From: Dehalococcoidia bacterium
GTDB taxonomy: Bacteria > Chloroflexota > Dehalococcoidia > DSTF01 > JALHUB01
NCBI GenBank assembly: GCA_050010555.1
Contig: JBEKKV010000002.1
Coordinates: 47,815-111,814, forward strand
Direction of reading: 5' to 3'
Length of the DNA: 64,000 nt
The position numbers and the translations under genes are program-made. The notes beneath the pieces were generated by a model. The model was given only the letters and a program-made list of their open reading frames with translations, made no database searches and was not told the origin of the DNA. Below, in pieces: positions 37,675-49,069 of this stretch; within the stretch, counting starts at the first letter, position 1; every line of letters begins with the position of its first letter.

Positions 37675-39357
37675 TTATCGGTCAGACGCCTCTGATGCCG
37701 AACTTCCGACCGGCATCTCTGACGTTGGATGGAAATGCACCCCTGCCCCCGCCGCCTCCAGCGCCCGCTGCTTCACCGCGCCGATGAAATCGCGGAAGAG
37801 CGGATGCGGCCGATCCGGGCGAGAGCGGAACTCCGGGTGGAACTGCGTGCCCACCATGAACGGATGGCCGGCGATCTCACTGATCTCCACGAGGGTGCCG
37901 TCGGGAGAAAGGCCGCTCACGACCAGACCCGCCTGCGACAGCGCCTCGCGGAACGCCATGTTGAACTCGTAGCGGTGCCGATGCCGTTCGCTGATCTCGT
38001 CCGTGCCGTAGGCCGCGCGCGCCTTCGTGCCCGCGACCAGCCGGCAGGGGTAGCTGCCGAGCCGCATCGTGCCGCCCATCTGGCTCACGCCCGTCTGCTC
38101 TTCGAGGAGGCTGATCACGGGATAGGGCGTCTTCGGGTCGAATTCCGTGGAGTTCGGCGTCTCGTCGTGAAAGGCTTTGCGCGCCGCTTCGACGACCATC
38201 ACTTGCATGCCCAGGCAGAGGCCCAGGTACGGCAGCTCCTGCTCGCGGGCATAGCTTGCCGCCTTGATCTTGCCCTCGATGCCGCGCTCGCCGAAGCCAC
38301 CCGGCACGACGACACCCTGCACGTGCTGGAGCGCCGCCTCGCCGCCGACCGTCTCGAGCGTCTGCGAGTGCACCCACTCGATGTCCACTGCCACGTCGTG
38401 GTAGATGCCGGCGTGGATGAGCGACTCCTTGACCGAAAGATAGGCGTCCGGCAGCTCGATGTACTTTCCGACGATCGCCACGGTCACCCTGTTCGCGGGA
38501 TGCAGCAGCCGGTCGACCAATTCCCGCCATTCCTTGAGGTCGCGGCCGCCCGCGGGAAGCGAGAGGCGTTCGATGACGAGATCACCCAGTCCCGCCTCTT
38601 CGAGAACGATCGGCACCTGGTAGATGCTGGACATCGTTCGAAGCGGAATGACGGCGCGCTTTTCGACATCGCAGAAGAGGGCGATCTTGTCCTTCAGGTC
38701 CTGCGACACCGAGAAGTCGCTGCGGCAGACGATGACGTCGGGCTGGACGCCGGCGCTTCGGAGCTCGCGGACGCTGTGCTGTGTCGGCTTCGTCTTTATC
38801 TCGCCCGTCGCGCCGATATAGGGCAGGAGCGTCACGTGGATGGCGAGAATGTGGTCGCGTGGCTCCTCGTTGCGCATCTGTCGGATCGCCTCCAGGAACG
38901 GCTGCCCTTCGATGTCGCCCACCGTTCCGCCGACCTCGACGATGATGACGTCGGCGCCGCTCCTACGCGCTACCTCACGGATGCGGCTCTTGATCTCGCC
39001 CGTGATGTGCGGAATCGCCTGTATCGTTCCGCCGAGGAAGTCGCCGCGGCGCTCTTTCTGGATGACCGCCTGGTAGATCTGGCCCGTCGTGACGGAGCTC
39101 ATTCCCGTCAGGTTCTCGTCGATGAAGCGCTCGTAGTGGCCGAGGTCGAGGTCCGTCTCCGCGCCGTCGTTCGTCACGAAGACCTCGCCATGCTGATAGG
39201 GCGACATGGTACCCGGGTCGACGTTGAGGTAAGGGTCCAGCTTCTGAATGGAGACGGAGATGTTTCGGCTCTTGAGGATGCGGCCGATGGCCGCAGTCGT
39301 GATTCCCTTGCCGACGGAACTGACCACACCGCCGGTCACGAATATGTATTTAGGCAT
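37675..39357 (-). CDS. pyrG: CTP synthase
   Basis: [19 protein letters not shown]... C-terminal glutamine amidotransferase domain. Confidence 0.95.
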   Translation of the reverse strand: MPKYIFVTGGVVSSVGKGITTAAIGRILKSRNISVSIQKLDPYLNVDPGTMSPYQHGEVFVTNDGAETDLDLGHYERFIDENLTGMSSVTTGQIYQAVIQKERRGDFLGGTIQAIPHITGEIKSRIREVARRSGADVIIVEVGGTVGDIEGQPFLEAIRQMRNEEPRDHILAIHVTLLPYIGATGEIKTKPTQHSVRELRSAGVQPDVIVCRSDFSVSQDLKDKIALFCDVEKRAVIPLRTMSSIYQVPIVLEEAGLGDLVIERLSLPAGGRDLKEWRELVDRLLHPANRVTVAIVGKYIELPDAYLSVKESLIHAGIYHDVAVDIEWVHSQTLETVGGEAALQHVQGVVVPGGFGERGIEGKIKAASYAREQELPYLGLCLGMQVMVVEAARKAFHDETPNSTEFDPKTPYPVISLLEEQTGVSQMGGTMRLGSYPCRLVAGTKARAAYGTDEISERHRHRYEFNMAFREALSQAGLVVSGLSPDGTLVEISEIAGHPFMVGTQFHPEFRSRPDRPHPLFRDFIGAVKQRALEAAGAGVHFHPTSEMPVGSSASEASDR

Positions 39358-39442
39358 CTATAAGATAAGCGGCCCTCGATTCGCCGGTTGGCGAACGGGA
39401 GGCGCCGCCCATCAATAATTCTATTCAGGCCCGATCACAGTG

Positions 39443-41020
39443 TCAAGGGATTCCGCCGGCAATGAGCGCGGGCGGTTCCTCCCGCGAGGCGGAATGTTCC
39501 AGCAACGGCGTCGGCGTTGGAAACGGCTTCGCCGCCGGCTCCCGGAAAGCCGCCATCTGCACCTCCAGCCAGCGATTGATGTCGTGGCGAGCAATTGTCT
39601 GGCGTGACGCCCGCGCCCGCTGCCGACGCTCGTCCGCGTCCATCAGCAGCGCGCGCCGCAGCGCTTCCGCCGTCCCTTCGATGTCCGCAGCCTCGACCGT
39701 CAGCGCGGCGCCGGCAAGCTCCTGCGCCGCTCCCACCGCGGTCGAAAGGATGACGACGCCGTCGCGCTCGTTCAGGATCGGCCCTTCTTTAACGACAAGG
39801 TTCATGCCGTCGGCGATTGAGTTGGCGATGAGCACGTCGTACAGGCTGAGGCCGGCCAGCGCCTGCGTCCGGTTCTGCTCGAAGAAGAGCGTTATCGGCC
39901 GCCACCGCCCGTTGCCGTGGCGCAGATTGATCTCGTCGATGAGCGCGAAGACCTCGTCCCGGTACTGGCGGTACTCGGGGATCGCCTCCCGCGTCGGCAC
40001 GAGGAACGCGAGCATCTGCACCCTTCCCGCCCACTCGCGGGAACGCTCCAGAAACAGGTTGAACGCCTTAAGCGCGCCGGCGATGTTCTTGGCCGGGTCC
40101 AGCCGGTCAACGCAGACGACGGTCTTCACGTCCGGATCGCTGGCCAGCGCCTGCTGGTATGACCTGGTCTCCGGCGAGACGAGCTTTCGTCGCAGGTCGA
40201 ACACGTCCACCGATATCGGATTGGCGAAGATTGCGACCGACCGCCCACCGTAGCGGACCGCCGTCTCCGCCAGGTCGACGCCCGCGCCGGGAAGGTACGT
40301 CAGGCAGGTGAGCGCGAAGTTGCGCTTTGATTCCTCCGTCTGGAACGCTACGCTGTCGTTCGCGAGCATCCCCTCGCAGATCCGCGCGACGATGCCCTCT
40401 GGAAGCGCGCGCCAAGCGTTCGGCCCCGGCCAGGGGATGTGGTTGAAGTGCTGCAGCAGCGCGTCAGGGTGCCGCATGCGGATAAACAGCGGCGCCAGAT
40501 AGAGATGATAGTCATGGAGCATCACCCGGGCCGGGCCGCTCGTCGCGCCGATCTCCTCGTCGACGGCGTCGGCGAAGGCGCGGTTGACCGGCACGTAGCC
40601 TTCCTCCCAGGAGCGCGCGATCTGCTCCGGCAGGTTTGGACGGTCTTCGAGGAGATGCCAGAGCGAGTGCTGGAGGAACCAGAGGATCGGGTTGCTGAAG
40701 GTGCGATAGAAAAGATCGTATGAGTGCGAGTCTGTCGCTGCCAAACACAGGCGGTGGCCATCGCCGAATGAGAAGCGGCGCATATTGTGCGCCACCAGTT
40801 CCCTGTCCACGCCACCAACGGCGCCGACGATCCATGTCAGTTCCTGGCGCCCCAGGATGCTGGAAAGGGCGACCGCCACGCCGCCGCTCGTCGGGCGACG
40901 CGCCAAGGCAGCGCTATCGTCTCGATAGTGCTCGAATGGACCGCGATTGCTGACGATGATGAGCGGGCCCGGTCGGCCGATCCGCCGCAAAGGGGCATAT
41001 GCTGGGTCCCCGGAGTTCAC
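39443..41020 (-). CDS. otsA: Alpha,alpha-trehalose-phosphate synthase family (GT20)
   Basis: LIIVSNRGPF... Resembles the GT20 family throughout. 525 aa. Confidence 0.7.
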   Translation of the reverse strand: MNSGDPAYAPLRRIGRPGPLIIVSNRGPFEHYRDDSAALARRPTSGGVAVALSSILGRQELTWIVGAVGGVDRELVAHNMRRFSFGDGHRLCLAATDSHSYDLFYRTFSNPILWFLQHSLWHLLEDRPNLPEQIARSWEEGYVPVNRAFADAVDEEIGATSGPARVMLHDYHLYLAPLFIRMRHPDALLQHFNHIPWPGPNAWRALPEGIVARICEGMLANDSVAFQTEESKRNFALTCLTYLPGAGVDLAETAVRYGGRSVAIFANPISVDVFDLRRKLVSPETRSYQQALASDPDVKTVVCVDRLDPAKNIAGALKAFNLFLERSREWAGRVQMLAFLVPTREAIPEYRQYRDEVFALIDEINLRHGNGRWRPITLFFEQNRTQALAGLSLYDVLIANSIADGMNLVVKEGPILNERDGVVILSTAVGAAQELAGAALTVEAADIEGTAEALRRALLMDADERRQRARASRQTIARHDINRWLEVQMAAFREPAAKPFPTPTPLLEHSASREEPPALIAGGIP

Positions 41021-41112
41021 GTCGGCCTCCTTCCGTATGTCGCGGGGAGGATATCACCGCTTCTAGCGATACTGACACACGACCAAACCGAACGGGCCGG
41101 AAAAGGAGGGTA

Positions 41113-41150
41113 CAAAAAGGCCGGAGGACCTTGGCTCCGGCCGTCTTGTT
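41113..41150 (-). terminator. Rho-independent terminator on the minus strand: stem GGCCGGAG / CTCCGGCC followed by TTTTTGT. It lies about 240 nt downstream of the hemL stop.
   Basis: Read on the minus strand: GGCCGGAGCCAAGGTCCTCCGGCCTTTTTGT. Confidence 0.5.
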
Positions 41151-41385
41151 TGGAACCAGCCCTCTTTCAGTGGCCTACGAGGTTAGCTGTCGGGTTAGGG
41201 CTGAAAGAGACTACCCCCTCGCCCAAGGCGAGTACACCCCATGCTGCCTTCGGTTCCCCCGTCCCGCCTCTCGCCGCTGGCGAGTCGCCTCTGGCGACAG
41301 GCGAGCTAGGCCCTGTGCTCGTAAATTAGCACCGCGAGGAGCGTTTGTCAACTCTTTCACGTTCTGGGAAGCTACCGCTGGCAGG

Positions 41386-42678
41386 CTAGACGAGTTCGGC
41401 GAAGACGGTTTTGGCGGCGGCGATCGTGGCGTCGATCTCTTCGTCGCCGTGCGCCGACGACATGAACACCGCCTCGAACGGCGACGGCGCCAGGTAGACG
41501 CCGCGCTCCAGCATCGCGTGGAAGAAGCGGGCGTAACGAACCGTGTCCGCGCGACGGGCGCTCTCGTAGTCGGTGACCGGCGCGTCGACGAAGAAGGGCG
41601 TCCGCATCGAGCCGACACGGTTTAGCCGCAGCGAGACGCCGGCGCGGGCAGCCGCCTGTCCAATCCCTTCGACCAGCTTCGCGGAGAGCTCCTCAAGCCG
41701 CTCGTAAAAGCCCGGTGACTGCAGCTCTCGCAGCGTCGCCAGTCCAGCCGCCATCGCCAGCGGATTGCCGGAGAGCGTGCCGGCCTGGTAGACGGGTCCC
41801 AGCGGCGCCAGCATTTCCATGATATCGCGCCTGCCGCCGTAGGCTCCGACCGGCAGACCGCCGCCGATTATTTTGCCCAGGCATGTCAGGTCCGGCGCAA
41901 CGCCGTAGAGCGACTGCGCGCCGCCGTAAGCGACCCTGAAGCCGGTGATCACCTCGTCGAAGACCAGCAGCGCGCCATCGCGACGCGTTATCTCGCGCAG
42001 CGACTCCAGGAAGCCCGGCTGCGGAGCGACGACGCCCATGTTGCCGGCTACCGGCTCGACAATGACCGCCGCAATCTCGCGCCCATGCCGCTGGAAAAGC
42101 CGCTCCACGCTCTGGACGTCATTGTAGCGCGCCACGAGCGTCTCCTGCGCGTAGGAGGCCGGCACGCCAGGGCTATCCGGCAGGCCGAGCGTCGCCACGC
42201 CGGAGCCGGCGCGCACGAGAAGGCCGTCGGCGTGGCCGTGGTAGCTGCCCTCGAATTTGACGATCTTGTTACGGTTGGTGAACGCGCGGGCGAGCCGCAA
42301 GGCCGACATCGTCGCCTCGCTTCCGGAGTTAACGAAGCGCACCGTCTCGATCGACGGGACGGCTTCGACGATGAGCTGCGCCAGATCGGCCTCCGCCTCC
42401 GTCGGCGCGCCGTAGCTTGTGCCGCGCTCCGCTGCGAGCCGCACCGCCTCGACGACCGCCGGATGGGCGTGCCCGAGGATGAGCGCGCCCCACGAGCAGA
42501 CGTAGTCGACGTAGCGGTTGCCGTCGACGTCGTACAGGTAGGGGCCTTCACCGCGGGCGATGACGACCGGCTCGCCGCCGACGGCGCGGAAGGCGCGCAC
42601 GGGGCTGTTCACGCCGCCGGTCAGGTAGCGCAGCGAGCGCTGGAACACCTCATGCGAGCGGTCGTGAGGAAGGGGCAT
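41386..42678 (-). CDS. hemL: Glutamate-1-semialdehyde 2,1-aminomutase
   Basis: ...[17 protein letters not shown]...[18 protein letters not shown]... Confidence 0.95.
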   Translation of the reverse strand: MPLPHDRSHEVFQRSLRYLTGGVNSPVRAFRAVGGEPVVIARGEGPYLYDVDGNRYVDYVCSWGALILGHAHPAVVEAVRLAAERGTSYGAPTEAEADLAQLIVEAVPSIETVRFVNSGSEATMSALRLARAFTNRNKIVKFEGSYHGHADGLLVRAGSGVATLGLPDSPGVPASYAQETLVARYNDVQSVERLFQRHGREIAAVIVEPVAGNMGVVAPQPGFLESLREITRRDGALLVFDEVITGFRVAYGGAQSLYGVAPDLTCLGKIIGGGLPVGAYGGRRDIMEMLAPLGPVYQAGTLSGNPLAMAAGLATLRELQSPGFYERLEELSAKLVEGIGQAAARAGVSLRLNRVGSMRTPFFVDAPVTDYESARRADTVRYARFFHAMLERGVYLAPSPFEAVFMSSAHGDEEIDATIAAAKTVFAELV

Positions 42679-42699
42679 CGGTCCTTAGATTCGACTGCG

Positions 42700-43458
42700 C
42701 TAGGAAAGCAAGTCCAACAAGTCGGTGAGCGAAGCGATCTCGTGGTCGGGCCGCGGCACGCCTTCCCGCAATGACGAGCCGTCGCGGTTGAGCCAGGCCA
42801 CCGGCAACCCCGCGTTCTTCGCGCCGAGCACATCCGCCGACTGGCTGTCGCCGACGTAAAGCACCTCGTGGCGGGCAAAGCCGCTCGCCTCGACGAACGA
42901 GTGGAATATCTGCTCGTGCGGCTTGTAGACGCCGGCGCTCTCCGACGTGACGATGAGCTGGAACTTGACGTGCAGGCCGTTCCTCTCCAGGCACGCCGTC
43001 AGGAAGTCGTTGTCGGCGTTGGAGAGAATGCCCAGTTGGTAGCGCGACTTCAGCGCCGTGAGCACGTCGGCTGTCTCCGCGAACGCCGACGCCTCCGACA
43101 GGCCGTTTCGCACGTGGGCGTAGGCCGCGACGCCGTCGCCGCGGACGCCCAGCTCGCGGAAGCAGGCCTCAAAATGCTCTGGCCACTCCTCACTATAGGG
43201 ACGGAAGTCGAGCGTCGGGCGCGCGGTGGTCCATGATGTCGCCTCGTTGCGCGGGTTCTCGCGGGCGCGCCCCTGCGAAGCCATTCGCAGCCAGATGTCC
43301 ATCCACTTGTCCCAGAGCGCCTTGCCGTCGCAGGGGAGGCCCTGCTGAAGGCAGATCTCGTGATAAGTGCGGATGAACGCCTGGTCGGTGAAGTCGATCA
43401 GCGTGCCGTAGCAGTCGAAGGCCACGGCGCGAATGCCGTCAGGAGAAGGTTTGTCCAT
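42700..43458 (-). CDS. HAD-superfamily hydrolase
   Basis: AFDCYGTLIDF (motif I, DxYGT) and LYVGDSQSADVLGAKNAG (motif IV). Confidence 0.75.
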   Translation of the reverse strand: MDKPSPDGIRAVAFDCYGTLIDFTDQAFIRTYHEICLQQGLPCDGKALWDKWMDIWLRMASQGRARENPRNEATSWTTARPTLDFRPYSEEWPEHFEACFRELGVRGDGVAAYAHVRNGLSEASAFAETADVLTALKSRYQLGILSNADNDFLTACLERNGLHVKFQLIVTSESAGVYKPHEQIFHSFVEASGFARHEVLYVGDSQSADVLGAKNAGLPVAWLNRDGSSLREGVPRPDHEIASLTDLLDLLS

Positions 43459-43484
43459 GTTTTGTCAAAAGTGGCGTCTGCGAC

Positions 43485-44468
43485 CTACGATCTGGATTCG
43501 CGGAGCCAGCGGGCGGCGTCCTTGGCGTGATACGTAATAGTGATGTCGGCGCCGGCCCGCTTGATCGCCGTCAGCACCTCGAGCACGACGCGCTTCTCGT
43601 CGAGCCAGCCGTTCGCCGACGCCGCTTTTATCATAGCGTACTCGCCGCTGACGTTATAGGCGGCGAGCGGCAGGTCGAAACGCTGGCGGGCGCGCGCCAG
43701 GACGTCCAGGTAGGCGAGCGCCGGCTTCACCATCACGATGTCGGCGCCCTCGGCGATGTCGCTCTCGATCTCGCGCAGCGCCTCGCGGGCGTTCGCCGGG
43801 TCCATCTGGTAGCCGCAGCGGTCGCCGAACTGGGGCATCGACTCCGCAGCCTCGCGGAAGGGGCCGTAGAAGGCGGATGCGTACTTCGCGGCATAGGCCA
43901 TAATCGGCGTCTGCGCGAAGCCGCCCTCGTCGAGCGCCCGGCGGATGGCGGCTACCTGGCCGTCCATCATCGCCGACGGGGCGACCATGCCGGCGCCGGC
44001 CCGGGCGTGCGAGAGCGCCGTCCTGGCGAGCAGCGGCAGCGTCGCGTCGTTATCGACGTCGCCGTCACGCACGATGCCGCAGTGGCCGTGGCTGGTGTAC
44101 TCGCAGAGACAGACGTCGGTGATGACGAGGAGCTCCGGGTCGGCCTGCTTGAGAGCGCGCACCGCCTGCTGGACGATGCCGTCCGGCGCGTATGCCTCCG
44201 ACGCCTGGTCATCCTTCGACGCCGGTATGCCGAAGAGAAGGACGGCGGGAATGCCGAGATCGCGTAGCTCCCGGGCCTCGCCGGGAAGCTGATCGACGGA
44301 GAGCTGCGCCTGGCCGGGCATAGACGGGATGGCGTTGCGGACGCCGCTGCCGTGCACCACGAACAGCGGGTAGACGAAGTCCCCTGGCGACAGCCTTGTC
44401 TCCCGCACGAGCCGCCTGAGCGCCTCCGTCCGTCTCAACCGCCTCAGCCTACGAATTGTGAGATTCAT
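43485..44468 (-). CDS. hemB: Porphobilinogen synthase (delta-aminolevulinic acid dehydratase)
   Basis: ...[29 protein letters not shown]... and the active-site Lys region. Confidence 0.9.
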   Translation of the reverse strand: MNLTIRRLRRLRRTEALRRLVRETRLSPGDFVYPLFVVHGSGVRNAIPSMPGQAQLSVDQLPGEARELRDLGIPAVLLFGIPASKDDQASEAYAPDGIVQQAVRALKQADPELLVITDVCLCEYTSHGHCGIVRDGDVDNDATLPLLARTALSHARAGAGMVAPSAMMDGQVAAIRRALDEGGFAQTPIMAYAAKYASAFYGPFREAAESMPQFGDRCGYQMDPANAREALREIESDIAEGADIVMVKPALAYLDVLARARQRFDLPLAAYNVSGEYAMIKAASANGWLDEKRVVLEVLTAIKRAGADITITYHAKDAARWLRESRS

Positions 44469-45205
44469 TTCACTCCTGGCTGAAGCACCGGCAGAAGCTG
44501 TTCCATTCCCGCGTGGACTTCGCGCGAAACTTGATCAGAGAGCGAGACTAAGCTCCATGCCATTTCCTGACAATCTTCGGCCGTCAACTGTATCACCTCT
44601 CCCACTTTCCAAACCCGTACTTCCTGCTCGAACTGCAGGGCTAGTTCTTGCCCCTTCTCCAGCCGCTGACCGACCGACACGACGGGTTGGCCGTCGGCCG
44701 TTAAGACGATCTTCTGCCATGTCACGCTGAAGACACTATTGGCGTCAACGTCCTCAGCTCCTACCTTACCATTCCGATGCATGAGACAGTTGCGCAACCT
44801 GTAAAGATCGTTGAACCATAAGAGACTCGGCAGCGCGTCGGCCTGACCGCCGACAGCAGCCAACGCCCTGTCTACGGCTATCCTAGGCCCGGACCGCACG
44901 ACCTTTCGGCATCTCTCCAGGGCCGTTTGGAATTCCTCCCAAGGAAGAAGTTTCCCAGATGCGCCCTTGGCTAGCGTCGCCATGAATAGGAGCTGTGCGA
45001 AGTAGTCTTCGGCGGCAGCAATCATCGAGAGCAGCGAGTAACGGGCGCAATATGACCCAAATTCCCGCCATGTTTCGGCATCAGGGACGTCACCGAAGTT
45101 CATAAGGACCTCTGCCGAAGGCAAGGCTGTTGTGGTAGGAAGCTTCGAGAATCGTTCTGCTAACACCGCGTAGGCGGCTGATCGCTCCAGATTCGATCGA
45201 AGCAC
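44465..45205 (-). CDS. Hypothetical protein with a putative HEPN-like Rx4H motif ([13 protein letters not shown]). It is inserted between cobA/hemD and hemB and has lower GC.
   Basis: 246 aa. Its stop overlaps hemB by 4 nt. GC is visibly lower (parts near 45-55%) than neighbours. An alpha-helical N-half ends in RNxxxH. The C-half is beta-rich. Confidence 0.4.
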   Translation of the reverse strand: MLRSNLERSAAYAVLAERFSKLPTTTALPSAEVLMNFGDVPDAETWREFGSYCARYSLLSMIAAAEDYFAQLLFMATLAKGASGKLLPWEEFQTALERCRKVVRSGPRIAVDRALAAVGGQADALPSLLWFNDLYRLRNCLMHRNGKVGAEDVDANSVFSVTWQKIVLTADGQPVVSVGQRLEKGQELALQFEQEVRVWKVGEVIQLTAEDCQEMAWSLVSLSDQVSREVHAGMEQLLPVLQPGVK

Positions 45206-45243
45206 TGCTTGATGCCCTCTGAGTTGCTCGCTCAGGTTAACCC

Positions 45244-46794
45244 TTATGCACTTGGCCCATGTTGAAATGCCTTTGACGTCGGGCTCGAGAGCGCCAGTAG
45301 TAGTCCGTCGATGGTGTGCTCGGGTGCTTCCACGTCCACGCGCAGGCCCGCGCGACGCGCTGTCGCCGCCGTCACCGGACCGATGCAGGCGATCAGTGGC
45401 TTCTCCAACAGCGCCTTGTCGCCGTCCAGGATCTTCAGCAGGTTGCGCACCGCCGACGAACTGGCAAACGTCACGATATCCACCTCGCCGGCGCGCAGTC
45501 GGGCCATCGCTTCGGCGTCGACATCTTTCGGCACGGCGGCGCTGTACAGCGGCAACTCGTCGACCGTCGCGCCCAGCCGCTCCAGCCCGGTGACCAGCGC
45601 TCGACGGGCGCCGCGGGCCCGTGGCCAGAGCACGCGCTGCCCCATTATACCGCGCTCCGCCAGCGCCTCGACGACGCCCTCCGCCAGAAAGCGCTCCGGC
45701 ACGAGGTCGGCGTGAACTCCGTGGCGGTTGAGCGCTATCGCCGTCGCGGGGCCGATGGCGCAGACGCGGGCGCGACCCAGCGCGCGGGCGTCCTTCTTGT
45801 GACGGCGCAGCTCGTCGAAGAACATGTCGACGCCGTTGGCGCTGCTGAAGACGAGCCAGTCGTATTCGCCGGCGTCGAGGCCTTCGAGTGAGCGGCGCAG
45901 CGCTTTCTGGTCGATGCGCGGGACGATCTCGATCGCGGGTAATTCTATTGGCTCCGCGCCCGCCTCGGCCAAGGCGTGCGAGAGGACTCCCGCCTGCTCA
46001 GCAGCGCGGGTCACGAGGACGCGCTTGCCGAAGAGGGGACGGTTGTCGAACCAGCGAAGCTTGTCGCGCAGGCGAACGACCGGTCCGACGATGGTGACCA
46101 GCGGCGGCTCGAGGCCGGCCTCGGCGACGCGCTTCGCCAAATCGGAAATGGTTGCCGCGATTACTGCCTGATTTGGCGTGGTTCCCCAGCGTACAACGGC
46201 GGCCGGCTCATCCGGCGATCGGCCGCATTCGGAGATAAGTCTCATGATCTCGCCCAGATTCGAGCCGCCCATCAAGATAACCAGCGTATCGGCGCTTTTC
46301 GCTACGCGCTGCCAATCTACCGCGCCTTCCGCCTTGTCGGGGTCCTTGTGTCCCGTCACCACCGTGAACGACGACGACAGGCCGCGATGCGTGACTGGAA
46401 TGCCGGCGTAGGCCGTCGCCGCGATAGCCGATGACACGCCGGGGACCACCTCGAACGGAATGCCGGCGTCCGCGAGCGCCTCCGCCTCCTCGCCGCCACG
46501 TCCGAACACGAACGGGTCGCCGCCCTTGAGCCGAACCACCCGTTTGCCCTCGCGCGCCTTCGCGACGAGTAGATTGTTTATCTGCTGCTGGCTGAAGCCG
46601 GAGCCGCCTTTTTCGGATGGGTGCTTGCCGACGAATATGCGCTCCGCCTTCGCGGGGGCCAGGTCGACGAGGCGGCGGCTGACCAGGCGGTCGTAGACGA
46701 CCGCCTCCGCGCGTGCCAGCGCATCGACGCCCGCGACCGTTATCAGTCCCGGGTCGCCGGGTCCCGCGCCGACAAGCCAGACACGTCCGTTCAA
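45244..46794 (-). CDS. cobA: Bifunctional uroporphyrinogen-III C-methyltransferase / uroporphyrinogen-III synthase
   Basis: N-terminal VWLVGAGPGDPGLITVAG...LKGGDPFVFGRGGEE (SUMT). A C-terminal HemD-like domain. Confidence 0.85.
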   Translation of the reverse strand: MNGRVWLVGAGPGDPGLITVAGVDALARAEAVVYDRLVSRRLVDLAPAKAERIFVGKHPSEKGGSGFSQQQINNLLVAKAREGKRVVRLKGGDPFVFGRGGEEAEALADAGIPFEVVPGVSSAIAATAYAGIPVTHRGLSSSFTVVTGHKDPDKAEGAVDWQRVAKSADTLVILMGGSNLGEIMRLISECGRSPDEPAAVVRWGTTPNQAVIAATISDLAKRVAEAGLEPPLVTIVGPVVRLRDKLRWFDNRPLFGKRVLVTRAAEQAGVLSHALAEAGAEPIELPAIEIVPRIDQKALRRSLEGLDAGEYDWLVFSSANGVDMFFDELRRHKKDARALGRARVCAIGPATAIALNRHGVHADLVPERFLAEGVVEALAERGIMGQRVLWPRARGARRALVTGLERLGATVDELPLYSAAVPKDVDAEAMARLRAGEVDIVTFASSSAVRNLLKILDGDKALLEKPLIACIGPVTAATARRAGLRVDVEAPEHTIDGLLLALSSPTSKAFQHGPSA

Positions 46795-47717
46795 GGTGAC
46801 AGCTCCTCGAGGATGTCTGACGCTCCTTTGGCCAGCAGGCTCTCCGCCAGCCGCTCGCCCAGCGACTCCGCGTCGTCGGGGTCGCCGCTTATCTCGCCGC
46901 GGACCGCGCGTCCGGCCGGCGGATCAACGACGAGGCCCCGCAGACGGATCTGCCCATTCTCGACGGTCGCGAACGCCGCAACCGGCACGCGACAGCCGCC
47001 GCCAAGGCGACTCAAGAACGCCCGCTCCGCCGCCGTCGCCAGCCGCGAGTCGGGGTCGTCGGCCGCGGAGGCGACCTCCCGCGCTTCAGCATCGTCGGTT
47101 CGCGTCTCGACGGCGAGGGCCCCTTGCCCGGGCGCCGGCAGCATCGCTTCCAGCGGAAGAAGCTCCGATGCGGCATCCAGCCGGCCCAATCGCGCCAGCG
47201 CCGCCGCGGCGACGATGATCGCTTCGATGTCGCCGGACTCGACCTTCTTGAGGCGCGTGTCGACGTTGCCACGTACAGGTATCGGCTCCAGGTCCGGCCG
47301 GAGGAGGAGCAACTGCGCCGCACGTCGTACGCTCCCCGTGCCGATGCGCGCTCCCTCCCCAAGCTGTGCGAGGGTGCGGCCGCCGGTGGCCACAAGCGCA
47401 TCGCGCGGGTCCTCGCGCCGGGTCACTGCCGCCAGGACGAGACGATGGTGAAGCGTTGTCGGCAGGTCCTTCAGGCTGTGGACCGCGATGTCGATCTGGC
47501 CGTTGAGGAGCGCCTCTTCAAGCTCCTTCGTGAAAACGCCTTCGCCCGCGATCTCCGAGAGCGGCTGCGGACGGCGGTCGCCGGTCGTGCGGACGGCTCG
47601 CACCTCGAAGCGACAGTCCGGGCGGCTCCGCTGGAGCGTGGCGACTACCCCGTCTGTCTGTCGGCGGGCCAGCCGGCTGCCTCGCGTCCCTACGATCAGC
47701 GTCCTGCCCGTCATCAC
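46791..47717 (-). CDS. hemC: Hydroxymethylbilane synthase (porphobilinogen deaminase)
   Basis: LIVGTRGSRLARRQT...IAVHSLKDLPT. Confidence 0.95.
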   Translation of the reverse strand: MMTGRTLIVGTRGSRLARRQTDGVVATLQRSRPDCRFEVRAVRTTGDRRPQPLSEIAGEGVFTKELEEALLNGQIDIAVHSLKDLPTTLHHRLVLAAVTRREDPRDALVATGGRTLAQLGEGARIGTGSVRRAAQLLLLRPDLEPIPVRGNVDTRLKKVESGDIEAIIVAAAALARLGRLDAASELLPLEAMLPAPGQGALAVETRTDDAEAREVASAADDPDSRLATAAERAFLSRLGGGCRVPVAAFATVENGQIRLRGLVVDPPAGRAVRGEISGDPDDAESLGERLAESLLAKGASDILEELSP

Positions 47718-47718
47718 G

Positions 47719-48981
47719 TCAGGAGCCCGGTATCTTCTCGTCGGTGCCGAACAGCTCGCGGGCCGCCTCGATGACGGCCGGGCCGCCGGCCTTCGCCTTC
47801 AAGCGGGAGATGGGCCGGTGGAGGAGCTTCTTGACGATGGCCTCTGACAGGCTCTCGATGCGCTGCTTTTCCTCGTCCGAAAGGTCGGGCAGGCGCGCCA
47901 GCGTCTTCGCGACCTCCGCGCGACGTATTCTCTCCGCGTAGCTACGCATGGCGCTGATCGTTGGCACGACGGCGAGCGAGCGCGACCAGGCGAGGAAGCG
48001 CTTCGCCTCCTCTTCGACGATCGCCTCGACCGCCGCCGACTCCTTCTGCCGCGCCCGGCGATTCGCGTCGGCGACCGACTGCAGGTCGTCTATGTCATAG
48101 AGGTACACACCGTCGAAATCGCGCACCGCCGGCTCGACGTCCCGAGGCACGGCGATATCGATTAGCAGCAACGGCGAGCCGTCGCGCCGCGACATGACCT
48201 GGCTGACGAGCCCGCAGTCGATGACGAACGAGGGCGAACCCGAAGAAGTGATGACGATGTCCGCGCTGGCCAGCGCCTCGCCCAGTCGGTCGAGCGGCAT
48301 CGCCTCGCCGGACAGCTCCGAAGCCAGTTGCTCGGCGCGCTCCAGCCGCCGGCTGACAACAAGCGTCCGCCCGACGCCGCAGTCCTGCAGGGCATGCGCC
48401 GTGAGCTTGCCCGCCTCGCCGGCGCTGATGACGAGCGCGCAGCGCGTTGAGAGGTTCCCAAACGTCTTCCGCGCCAGGGCGACAGCGGCCGCGCTCACCG
48501 ATAGCCCGTGGCGGCCGATCTCCGTCTCGCTGCGGGCGCGCCGGCCGACGCGGATGGCCGAGTGGAAGAGCCGCGCCAGGAAAGGTGTCGTCGAATCGGC
48601 GTCCGTGGCGGCGATGAAGGCGGCGCGCACCTGCCCCAGTATCTCGGCCTCGCCGAGCACCTGGGACTCGATACCGGCGGTGACCCGGAAGAGGTGGCGG
48701 ACGGCGTCGGCGTCCTGATAGAAGTGGAAGCGGTCGTCGAACAGCCCTTCGGGCAGCCCCTTCGCCTCCGTGAGGAAAGAGAGCATTTGCTCCGGCATGT
48801 CGCGGCCGCGCGGGGCGTCGACGTAGAGCTCCGTCCGGTTGCAGGTCGAAAGGATGACGCCGCCGCCGAACTCCAGTCGCAGCGCAGCGAGAGCGCGCTC
48901 CATCTCCTCGGCGCAGAACGCGAATCGCTCGCGCACCGCGACCGGCGCCGTCTTCTGGTTGATGGTCGCTAGATACAGCAT
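47719..48981 (-). CDS. hemA: Glutamyl-tRNA reductase
   Basis: LSTCNRTELY catalytic Cys motif. NADPH-binding domain. Confidence 0.95.
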   Translation of the reverse strand: MLYLATINQKTAPVAVRERFAFCAEEMERALAALRLEFGGGVILSTCNRTELYVDAPRGRDMPEQMLSFLTEAKGLPEGLFDDRFHFYQDADAVRHLFRVTAGIESQVLGEAEILGQVRAAFIAATDADSTTPFLARLFHSAIRVGRRARSETEIGRHGLSVSAAAVALARKTFGNLSTRCALVISAGEAGKLTAHALQDCGVGRTLVVSRRLERAEQLASELSGEAMPLDRLGEALASADIVITSSGSPSFVIDCGLVSQVMSRRDGSPLLLIDIAVPRDVEPAVRDFDGVYLYDIDDLQSVADANRRARQKESAAVEAIVEEEAKRFLAWSRSLAVVPTISAMRSYAERIRRAEVAKTLARLPDLSDEEKQRIESLSEAIVKKLLHRPISRLKAKAGGPAVIEAARELFGTDEKIPGS

Positions 48982-49069
48982 GGCCTATTCGTCAATAACC
49001 GTAGCCGAGACTTGGAAAGTCTCGGCGGCGAATCTGTAGAATGGCGAGCATGACATTCACGTCCAACGC

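Noticed and set aside
37729-39363. 544-aa + strand ORF
   Set aside because: It is antisense to pyrG (CTP synthase).
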